A stretch of 64,000 bases of DNA. Source: a bacterium. GTDB lineage: Bacteria; Patescibacteriota; Microgenomatia; UBA8517. Every line of letters begins with the position of its first letter. Position 1 is the stretch's first letter. The translations under genes were made by a program, and so were the position numbers. Location of the stretch: contig JAKAJP010000003.1 of the NCBI GenBank assembly GCA_021824915.1, forward strand, positions 136 to 64,135, read 5' to 3'. Shown piece by piece: positions 57,549 through 64,000 of the stretch. The notes below the pieces were generated by a model that saw nothing but the letters and a program-made list of their open reading frames with translations, was not told where the DNA came from and did not search any database.

Positions 57549-58322
57549 TTATTCCTTAACCTCCTCTTTCTTTTCCTCTGGAGCAGGGGACGCCGGAACC
57601 TGGGCCGGACTCTCCTTTACTTCGCCAACTGACTCTTCTCCCTCAACCACCTGAGCAACCGTTTCGTGTTCAAGTTCTTTCAAGCTTCCACTTTTAAGTT
57701 TATTGACAACCACAACCGAACCGACAGATCCCGGAACTTGGCCCGAGATCTCAATCTCACCGGTTTCAGGGTTGACTGAAACAACGTGCAAATTTTTGAT
57801 GGTAACTTGCTCCCCACCCATTCGGCCAGCCATTCTTTTACCTTTATAGACTCTACCGGGAGTAGTTGTCTGACCAATAGATCCGGGGGCACGCTCACGA
57901 TCACTTTGCCCGTGAGTTCTCGGACCGCCTCTAAAATGGTGTTTCTTAACCACCCCCGCAAAACCCTTGCCCTTGGAAATTCCAGTTACACTAACCACAT
58001 CTCCGGCCGATAAAAAATCGGAGACTTTAATTTCATCTCCGACTTTAACTTCCGGCTCTTTATCTACCCTTACTTCCTGAATAAATCTTGGGAATTTTTG
58101 ATCTTTTTGTGTGGTTTTAAGGTGTCCTTGAATAGATTTCGAAGTATTTTTGGCCTTACGCCAGAGGTAACCAAGCTGAATTGCCCAATAGCCGTCTTTA
58201 TCCATTTTCTTGATATGGGTCACGACGCAAGGGCCCGCAGTTACGCGGGTAACAGGAACTCTAAAGCCTTCAACATACGTTTGGCTTGTCGCTTTTTTCG
58301 ATCCTAGTATTGCGTTAATCAT
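57549..58322 (-). CDS. rplC: 50S ribosomal protein L3 with an acidic C-terminal extension
   Basis: MINAILGSKKATSQTY aligns with the uL3 N-terminus (MIGLVGKKVGMTRIF), so the ATG at 58322 is preferred. An in-frame GTG at 58367 is an alternative. The C-terminus carries a Glu/Lys/Pro-rich tail of about 40 aa. Confidence 0.85.
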   Translation of the reverse strand: MINAILGSKKATSQTYVEGFRVPVTRVTAGPCVVTHIKKMDKDGYWAIQLGYLWRKAKNTSKSIQGHLKTTQKDQKFPRFIQEVRVDKEPEVKVGDEIKVSDFLSAGDVVSVTGISKGKGFAGVVKKHHFRGGPRTHGQSDRERAPGSIGQTTTPGRVYKGKRMAGRMGGEQVTIKNLHVVSVNPETGEIEISGQVPGSVGSVVVVNKLKSGSLKELEHETVAQVVEGEESVGEVKESPAQVPASPAPEEKKEEVKE

Positions 58323-58375
58323 ATCTTTGTTCTGAGCGAGGCGAAGAATCTCACCCGAGAAACCCACCCGCCATT

Positions 58376-58404
58376 AAACAAAAAAGGCGCCTCCAATAGG
58401 CGCC
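58376..58404 (-). terminator. intrinsic terminator/attenuator GGCGCCT-attgg-AGGCGCC plus TTTTTTTGTTT, about 50 nt upstream of rplC
   Basis: On the minus strand, a perfect 7-bp GC-rich stem with a 5-nt loop and a U-tract. Confidence 0.6.
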
Positions 58405-58473
58405 CATGAGGCTACTACGAAGGCTACTTATCGTGGTTAACTAATTTGAAAACCACCATATTTTGTAAATGGA

Positions 58474-58502
58474 ATTATACCAGGGTTTCAAGCTTGTCGC
58501 AA
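58474..58502 (-). promoter_or_regulatory. sigma70-like promoter TTGCGA-17-TATAAT, just downstream of the rpsJ stop
   Basis: The minus strand reads TTGCGAcaagcttgaaaccctggTATAAT. The -35 begins 8 nt after the S10 stop codon. Confidence 0.5.
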
Positions 58503-58509
58503 GATCAAA

Positions 58510-58821
58510 CTACATTTTAATCTCGATGGAGACGCCGGCGGGGAGATCAAGATTGCCGAGTGAATCGACGGTTCGGGGAGAAGGATCAATTATGTCAATC
58601 AAACGTTTGTGAACCAAGACCTCAAAGTGCTCCTGAGCATTTTTGATTCCACGGGAAGTTGAAGGAACAATCGACATTATGGTTCTTGCTGTAGGGAGAG
58701 GGATGGGACCAATTATTTTTGCACCAGTGGCTAAAGCGGTATCAATTATCTTTGCTGCCGCTTCATCAATAACCCTATGATCGTAGCTTTTCAGCTTGAC
58801 TCTTAGCCTTCCAGTTGCCAT
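58510..58821 (-). CDS. rpsJ: 30S ribosomal protein S10
   Basis: uS10 core (..RLRVKLKSYDHRVIDEA..). Confidence 0.9.
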   Translation of the reverse strand: MATGRLRVKLKSYDHRVIDEAAAKIIDTALATGAKIIGPIPLPTARTIMSIVPSTSRGIKNAQEHFEVLVHKRLIDIIDPSPRTVDSLGNLDLPAGVSIEIKM

Positions 58822-58836
58822 CCCTTTAAAAGTGCG

Positions 58837-60036
58837 TTAGACAGTAATCTTGGTGATAACTCCTGCACCAACGGTGTGTCCACCTTCACGAATTGCAAAT
58901 CTAAATCCTTCTTCCATAGCAACCGGTGCAATAAGTTTAACTTTCATCTTTGCAGAGTCTCCCGGCATAACCATTTCAATTCCCTCTGGGAGAGTAACTT
59001 CACCGGTAATGTCTGCAGTTTTAATGTAAAACTGAGGCTTATATCCTGTAAAGAACGGTGTATGACGACCGCCCTCTTCTTTGCTGAGGATGTAAACTTC
59101 TGCTTCAAACTCCGTGTGAGGCTTAAGTGTTCCCGGCTTGGCCAAAAGCTGACCGCGCTCAACCTGATCTTTTTCGACTCCCCTTAAAAGTACCCCGACA
59201 TTGTCCCCAGCCATAGCTTCATCAAGTGTTTTCCTAAACATCTCAAGTCCGGTAACGACTGTCTTTTGAGCATCCTTGAGTCCTACTATCTCAACCTCTT
59301 CGTTTATCTTTACCTTTCCGCGCTCAACCCGGCCGGTAACAACAGTTCCGCGACCTTGAATTGTAAAGACGTCCTCAATCGGCATGAAGAATGGCTTGTC
59401 CGTATCACGAACAGGATCTGGAATATAGCTGTCTACCGCATCCATCAAGGCCATTATTTGCTTTTCGGCTTCAGCATCTCCCTCGAGAGCTTTAAGCGCA
59501 CTTCCACGAATCACAGGTACTTCATCTCCTGGGTATTGATACTTCTTGAGAAGCTCGCGAACATCAGCTTCGACTAAATCAATGATTTCCGGATCATCAA
59601 CGGTGTCACACTTATTAAGGAAAACTACGATTGCAGGAACATTAACCTGACGGGCTAAAATTACGTGTTCTCTGGTTTGAGGCATAGGGCCATCTGCTGC
59701 GGAGATAACCAAAATTGCTCCATCCATCTGAGCGGCTCCTGTGATCATGTTCTTGATATAGTCGGCATGGCCCGGAGCATCGATGTGGGCGTAATGCCTT
59801 TTAGCTGTTTCGTATTCAATGTGGGAGATATTGATTGTAACTCCTCTTTCCTTCTCTTCTGGAGCATTGTCGATTTCGTCAAATCTGTAGGCTTTAGTAT
59901 TATTTCCCGGCTGCTTACTAAGAACCGTGGTAATAGCAGCGGTTAAGGTTGTCTTCCCGTGGTCAACGTGACCAATAGTTCCAACATTTACGTGTGGCTT
60001 ACTTCTATCAAATTTTTGTTTTGCGTCTCCTGCCAT
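58837..60036 (-). CDS. tuf: elongation factor Tu
   Basis: G1 [11 protein letters not shown]3 DAPGH and G4 NKCD, plus full-length domains II/III. The ATG is at 60036 (MAGDAKQKF). The track's 60075 start is an upstream TTG. Confidence 0.92.
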   Translation of the reverse strand: MAGDAKQKFDRSKPHVNVGTIGHVDHGKTTLTAAITTVLSKQPGNNTKAYRFDEIDNAPEEKERGVTINISHIEYETAKRHYAHIDAPGHADYIKNMITGAAQMDGAILVISAADGPMPQTREHVILARQVNVPAIVVFLNKCDTVDDPEIIDLVEADVRELLKKYQYPGDEVPVIRGSALKALEGDAEAEKQIMALMDAVDSYIPDPVRDTDKPFFMPIEDVFTIQGRGTVVTGRVERGKVKINEEVEIVGLKDAQKTVVTGLEMFRKTLDEAMAGDNVGVLLRGVEKDQVERGQLLAKPGTLKPHTEFEAEVYILSKEEGGRHTPFFTGYKPQFYIKTADITGEVTLPEGIEMVMPGDSAKMKVKLIAPVAMEEGFRFAIREGGHTVGAGVITKITV

Positions 60037-60046
60037 GTGAGTCTTG

Positions 60047-60075
60047 ATTATACTGCCCGCCTTAAAAAATAACAA
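60047..60075 (-). promoter_or_regulatory. tuf promoter P2: TTGTTA-17-TATAAT, 10 nt upstream of the tuf ATG
   Basis: The minus strand reads TTGTTAttttttaaggcgggcagTATAATcaagactcacATG. There is no SD, so the transcript is near-leaderless. Confidence 0.4.
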
Positions 60076-60100
60076 GGGTATTTAGCCCTCATCAGATTGA

Positions 60101-60130
60101 ATTATATCCGAGGCTAAATTAGCCTGTCAA
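60101..60130 (-). promoter_or_regulatory. tuf promoter P1: perfect consensus TTGACA-18-TATAAT with a palindromic spacer
   Basis: The minus strand reads TTGACAggctaatttagcctcggaTATAAT. The spacer holds the inverted repeat AGGCTAA-TTTAGCCT. Confidence 0.55.
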
Positions 60131-60138
60131 GAACATTT

Positions 60139-62307
60139 TTAACCCCTTGCCATCGTGACCTTGCCAACCTTGGCGACGACAGCGTCAGTAATGTTCCTTG
60201 GGCACTCTTCATAATGGCTGGGCTCCATGTAATAACTTGCACGCCCTTGGGTAAGCGATCTTAATTTAGTTGCGTACCCCGATAGTTCTGCTAAAGGTGC
60301 CAAGGCATTAATTACCGTCATCGTTCCCCTCTTCTCGCTACCTGAAATTTGTGCACGCTTACTGGAAAGATCCCCGATAACATCTCCCATAAACTCATCG
60401 GGGGTACTAACCTCAACCTTCATTATTGGCTCAAGGAGAATTGGGTCAGCTTTTCTAAACGCATCCTCCAAAGCCATCGAACCGGCAATCTTGAAAGCAA
60501 TTTCCGAAGAATCTACCTCGTGATAGCTCCCATCATAAACCGCCACTCTCATGTCCACCATCGGGAAGCCTGCCAAAACGCCATTTTCCATTTTCTCCTT
60601 GACGCCTTTTTCAATCGGAGAAATAAATTCTCCCGGGATTGCCCCTCCTTTAATTTCATTCTTGAACTCAAAGCCTTCACCACGCCCTAAAGGTTCGACG
60701 CGCAAGAGACAATGCCCATATTGTCCTCGGCCTCCCGTTTGACGAATATACTTTCCTTCTCCCTGCCCAACCTTTTTAACGGTCTCTTTGTAAGCTACCT
60801 GGGGAGCCCCTGTTTGGGCAATAACATTAAACTCCCTCTTCATACGGTCAACCAAAACCTCAAGCTGAAGCTCGCCCATTCCGGAAATAATAGTCTGTCC
60901 CGTTTCGGGATTACTTTTAATTCTGAAGGTGGGATCTTCATCAGAGAGTTTTCCAAGAGCCAAGCCCATCTTCTCTTGATCACTCTTCGTCGCAGGCTCA
61001 ATGGCAAGCGAAATAACCGGTTCCGGAAAACTTATTGATTCAAGAACAATCGGATGCCCTGCATCACAAATTGTATCTCCGGTGGTCGTATCCTTGACTC
61101 CAACCACGGCTACAATTTCACCCGCATAAGCCTCTTCAATAAGTTCCCTTTGGTCAGCGTGCAAAAGCACAATCTTTCCAATTCTTTCTGTAATCTGTTT
61201 GGTGGAGTTATAAACTTGTTGCCCTGCCATAAGTTTTCCGGAATAAATTCTGACATAAACAAGGCGCCCCACGTGCGGATCGGTCATAACCTTAAACGCA
61301 AGTCCGCTAAAAGGTGCCTCATTCTTTCTCTCGCGGGAAGACGCCTCACCAGTTTTGGGATCAACTCCAGCAACAGCGGGTAAATCAATCGGGCTCGGCA
61401 AGTATTCAACCACGCCATCCAAAAGAAGTTGGGCCTCGGCTGTGCGGTTATCACCTCCAAAAATCGGGAAGAATTTTCCGGTGATAACACCCTTTCTAAT
61501 AGCCAGCTTGAGGGTCTGTTCATCAAGTTCCTGGTTTTCCAAAACCTTTGATAAAGCCTCGTCGTCAAACTCGGCAACCCTTTCAATCAACTCATTCCGA
61601 AGTTTCTTTGCCGTTTCAACCAATTCCGCGGGTATCTCACTTTCGATTAGATTGTGATCCTCAACGGCCTTATAGGTAAAAGCCTTCATTTTGATGAGGT
61701 CAACAACACCTCTATGTTCGTGCTCCTGACCAATCGGAATAATAACCGGGGCGGCGTTAGCCCCAAGGCGTTCCCGAATCGACTTAATTGATCCCTCAAA
61801 ATCCGCACCGATCAAATTCAATTTATTAAGTACACAAATTCTTGGAACGTTATATTTATCAGCCTGTCTCCAAACGGTTTCAGATTGACTCTCAACTCCA
61901 GTGCGGCCATCAAAAACCATAACAGCACCATCCAAAACTCTCAAGCTTCTTTCAACCTCCGCAGTGAAATCAATGTGGCCCGGAGTATCAATTAAATTAA
62001 TCCGGTAATGACCGGCATCAACACTGGTTGCATTTTTAAGATCCCAAAAAGCAGTTATCGCAGCCGAAACGATTGTAATTCCACGCTCACGCTCTTGGGC
62101 CATCCAATCCGTAACGGTAGTTCCTTCATCAACACTTCCGAGCTTATAAGTGCGCCCGGTCTCAAAAAGAAGTCTCTCTGTGGTTGTGGTTTTCCCGGCA
62201 TCTATATGGGCAATAATGCCGATATTTCGGATCTTTTCATAGGAAACATTGCGATCTTTTGTCGCTGTAACCACTATAGCTGCCTTTTTCTTTGCTACCT
62301 CTGCCAT
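60139..62307 (-). CDS. fusA: elongation factor G
   Basis: G-domain AHIDAGKTTT, DTPGHIDF and NKLD, domains II-V. The protein is 722 aa. Confidence 0.92.
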   Translation of the reverse strand: MAEVAKKKAAIVVTATKDRNVSYEKIRNIGIIAHIDAGKTTTTERLLFETGRTYKLGSVDEGTTVTDWMAQERERGITIVSAAITAFWDLKNATSVDAGHYRINLIDTPGHIDFTAEVERSLRVLDGAVMVFDGRTGVESQSETVWRQADKYNVPRICVLNKLNLIGADFEGSIKSIRERLGANAAPVIIPIGQEHEHRGVVDLIKMKAFTYKAVEDHNLIESEIPAELVETAKKLRNELIERVAEFDDEALSKVLENQELDEQTLKLAIRKGVITGKFFPIFGGDNRTAEAQLLLDGVVEYLPSPIDLPAVAGVDPKTGEASSRERKNEAPFSGLAFKVMTDPHVGRLVYVRIYSGKLMAGQQVYNSTKQITERIGKIVLLHADQRELIEEAYAGEIVAVVGVKDTTTGDTICDAGHPIVLESISFPEPVISLAIEPATKSDQEKMGLALGKLSDEDPTFRIKSNPETGQTIISGMGELQLEVLVDRMKREFNVIAQTGAPQVAYKETVKKVGQGEGKYIRQTGGRGQYGHCLLRVEPLGRGEGFEFKNEIKGGAIPGEFISPIEKGVKEKMENGVLAGFPMVDMRVAVYDGSYHEVDSSEIAFKIAGSMALEDAFRKADPILLEPIMKVEVSTPDEFMGDVIGDLSSKRAQISGSEKRGTMTVINALAPLAELSGYATKLRSLTQGRASYYMEPSHYEECPRNITDAVVAKVGKVTMARG

Positions 62308-62359
62308 AAGTTTATTTTATAGAAAAACTCCAACGGGAGCGTAGAGTGATTTTAACATA

Positions 62360-62644
62360 CTACGTTGTCAAATCTAATATCCTCTTAGCCCGCTCTAAAG
62401 TTAGACCTTTACGTTTATCCACAATTTCGACAATCAAATCGTTTACCTCAGCAAGTTTAATTCCTAAAATTTCCTGACCATCTACACTGATCGCGTCAAA
62501 ATATCTTTCTCTCAAGTCGGCTGTAATTGAATCTATAGCCTTTCTTGCCTCACCCCTAGCTTTCAGATCGTCTCTGGGCACACTCCGGGCATAATCTAAC
62601 TTTCCAAAGATTTCAACAAGACCAGGAGTAATTTCAATTCCCAT
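62360..62644 (-). CDS. hypothetical 94-aa protein between rpsG and fusA (start overlaps the rpsG stop)
   Basis: The ORF fills the rpsG-fusA spacer exactly. Its ATG at 62644-62642 forms TAATG with the rpsG stop. No family recognised. Confidence 0.45.
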   Translation of the reverse strand: MGIEITPGLVEIFGKLDYARSVPRDDLKARGEARKAIDSITADLRERYFDAISVDGQEILGIKLAEVNDLIVEIVDKRKGLTLERAKRILDLTT

Positions 62645-63123
62645 TACCACCTAAAGTGGGCGAAGGCTTTATTGGCCTCAGCAACACGCTCAACTTCCTG
62701 CCTTTTCTTAACTGCACCACCTTCGCCACGAGAGGCGTCGAAAATTTCGCTGGCAAGTTTCTCAGCGTAGGTATGAAACTCACTGTTCGATTTTGCGTTT
62801 GCCGAAGCCACAAGCCACCGGATGGCCAGGGATTCACGACGTGGCCCACGAACAACCTGAGGCACTTGATATGCAGCTCCACCTACACGTCTTGGCCTAA
62901 CTTCCATTGTCGGCTTAATATTTTCGATAGCTTTGTCAAAAACCTTAGCCGGATCCTCACCTGCTTTTTCGCGGATCAACTCAAGTGCCCTATATATCTC
63001 TTTCTGGGCAACACTTCTCTTACCATCACGCATGCTCCTATTAATGAGTTTTGTTATCAAAACACTTCCATAAATAGGATCAAACTCAGTCTTTCTTGAT
63101 TTTACCTGCCCACGTCTGGCCAT
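62644..63123 (-). CDS. rpsG: 30S ribosomal protein S7
   Basis: uS7 core (MARRGQVKSRKTEFDPIYGS...). Confidence 0.92.
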   Translation of the reverse strand: MARRGQVKSRKTEFDPIYGSVLITKLINRSMRDGKRSVAQKEIYRALELIREKAGEDPAKVFDKAIENIKPTMEVRPRRVGGAAYQVPQVVRGPRRESLAIRWLVASANAKSNSEFHTYAEKLASEIFDASRGEGGAVKKRQEVERVAEANKAFAHFRW

Positions 63124-63127
63124 AGCA

Positions 63128-63574
63128 TTAAGCAGTAGCTGCCGGTTTTGCGGCTACCTTTCCTCCTCCCTGATTCTTTGCCCCATATTTACTTCTTCCT
63201 TTTTGACGTCCCACTACACCAGTTGTGTCAAACTTTCCCCGTACTACTTTGTAACGGACACCTGGGAGATCTTTAACACGACCCCCACGAACCAGAACTA
63301 TTGAGTGTTCTGCAAGCTCGTGTCCCTCTCCGGGAATATAAGCTGTTACTTCCTGTTTGTTGGAAAGCCTGACCCTAGCCACTTTTCGAAGGGCTGAGTT
63401 AGGCTTTCTTGGGGTCATTGTGCGGACAGACAGAACAACTCCTCGTTTGAAAGGGGATGGGCTCTCTCTAAAAACCCTGTCCTTGGCATTAAACCAGCGT
63501 TTCAGAGCGGCTGTTTTAGCTTTCTTTCTGATTCTACCGCGTCCTTGTCTTGTTAGTTGATTGATTGTAGGCAT
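63128..63574 (-). CDS. rpsL: 30S ribosomal protein S12 (148 aa; internal insertion, C-terminal tail, Arg at the K42 position)
   Basis: PTINQL...[17 protein letters not shown]...[13 protein letters not shown] has an inserted [16 protein letters not shown] block and a [13 protein letters not shown] tail. Confidence 0.9.
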   Translation of the reverse strand: MPTINQLTRQGRGRIRKKAKTAALKRWFNAKDRVFRESPSPFKRGVVLSVRTMTPRKPNSALRKVARVRLSNKQEVTAYIPGEGHELAEHSIVLVRGGRVKDLPGVRYKVVRGKFDTTGVVGRQKGRSKYGAKNQGGGKVAAKPAATA

Positions 63575-63576
63575 AT

Positions 63577-64000
63577 CTATCTATTCGGAGCAACGCTTTC
63601 GGGCATTGCGGCACGGTCTTCGGTGACAGGAATTAACCTCCCGATGATAACATTTTCTTTGAGGCCCAGGAGCCTATCCTCGCGTCCAAGAAGCGACGCT
63701 TCTGTCAAAATATCTGTAGTCTGTTCAAATGACGCGGCGGAAAGCCAACTCTCGGTGTAGAGCGATCTTCTGGTAATTCCCAAAACAACCTGTTGTGCAC
63801 TTGCGGGTTCTCCTCCGGCCGCCAAAACTTTCTCATTTTCCTCTTCAAACGAAGCCCGACTTGCCACATCCCCTGGAAGGAAAGGTGTATCTCCCGGAGT
63901 AACAATTCTTACTTCATCACTCATCTTTCTGACTATTACTTCGAAGTGTTTATCATTAATCGGAATGCCTTGAGATTCATAAACTCTTTGAACCTCACTA
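63577..64000 (-). CDS. rpoC: DNA-directed RNA polymerase subunit beta', C-terminal part (5' end outside the window)
   Basis: The C-terminal [14 protein letters not shown] motif is present. The frame stays open to position 64000, where it reads ..[27 protein letters not shown]... Confidence 0.85.
   Translation of the reverse strand, partial: SEVQRVYESQGIPINDKHFEVIVRKMSDEVRIVTPGDTPFLPGDVASRASFEEENEKVLAAGGEPASAQQVVLGITRRSLYTESWLSAASFEQTTDILTEASLLGREDRLLGLKENVIIGRLIPVTEDRAAMPESVAPNR

Noticed and set aside
1-64000. A CRISPR array or cas genes, prophage structural genes, toxin-antitoxin pairs, or rRNA genes
   Set aside because: No spaced direct-repeat arrays were seen. No capsid, terminase or tail-like ORFs and no rRNA-like conserved blocks were seen either. 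Apart from the serine recombinase there are no mobile-element hallmarks.

Overview
This is a compact, roughly 40% GC chromosomal segment from a small-genome bacterium. Several traits point to a Candidate Phyla Radiation/Patescibacteria-like lineage: there is no L30 gene between rpsE and rplO, uL15 is a truncated 88-aa form, uS12 carries an insertion and a C-terminal tail, RNase Y has no membrane anchor, RNase P RNA is only about 300 nt, and several mRNAs look leaderless. The left end (1-2.8 kb) holds the 3' part of a large serine recombinase gene and a three-gene islet (HAD hydrolase, CsaA-like tRNA-binding protein, an unknown protein). The islet ends at a tRNA-Gln gene and a degenerate tRNA-like remnant, which looks like the edge of an integrated element. 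From 2.8 to 12 kb come cell-envelope genes (PspC-domain protein, L,D-transpeptidase, MFS transporter, Bcp peroxiredoxin, GH18-like protein) and a MacA/MacB-type tripartite ABC exporter operon flanked by two secreted proteins of unknown function. The middle (12-43 kb) is mostly housekeeping: gltX, a D-Ala-D-Ala carboxypeptidase, aspS/asnS-type synthetase, recJ, cca, SNase-like nuclease, secDF, DUF3048/DUF4446 proteins, an Nth-like glycosylase, M23 peptidase, CAP-domain protein, dtd, comM, pyrH, an RNase P RNA gene, an AI-2E transporter, miaA, an ABC-2 transporter operon, HU, a polysaccharide deacetylase, rny, recX, recA, tRNA-Pro, a GT39-family membrane glycosyltransferase and a NUDIX hydrolase. 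The right third (43.4-64 kb) is a continuous minus-strand ribosomal super-operon running from partial rpoC through rpsL, rpsG, fusA, tuf, the S10 and spc clusters, secY, adk, map, infA, rpmJ and the alpha cluster to rplM and rpsI. The most unusual observations are these. An uncharacterised 94-codon ORF fills the rpsG-fusA spacer exactly and starts in a TAATG overlap with the rpsG stop. A promoter followed by an intrinsic terminator sits between rpsJ and rplC. Two tandem consensus promoters lie in front of tuf. A divergent promoter region upstream of aspS also drives a short uORF plus an anti-SD/SD hairpin leader. The rnpB gene is followed by a partial duplicate of its own 3' end. uS12 naturally carries the streptomycin-resistance-type K42R residue.
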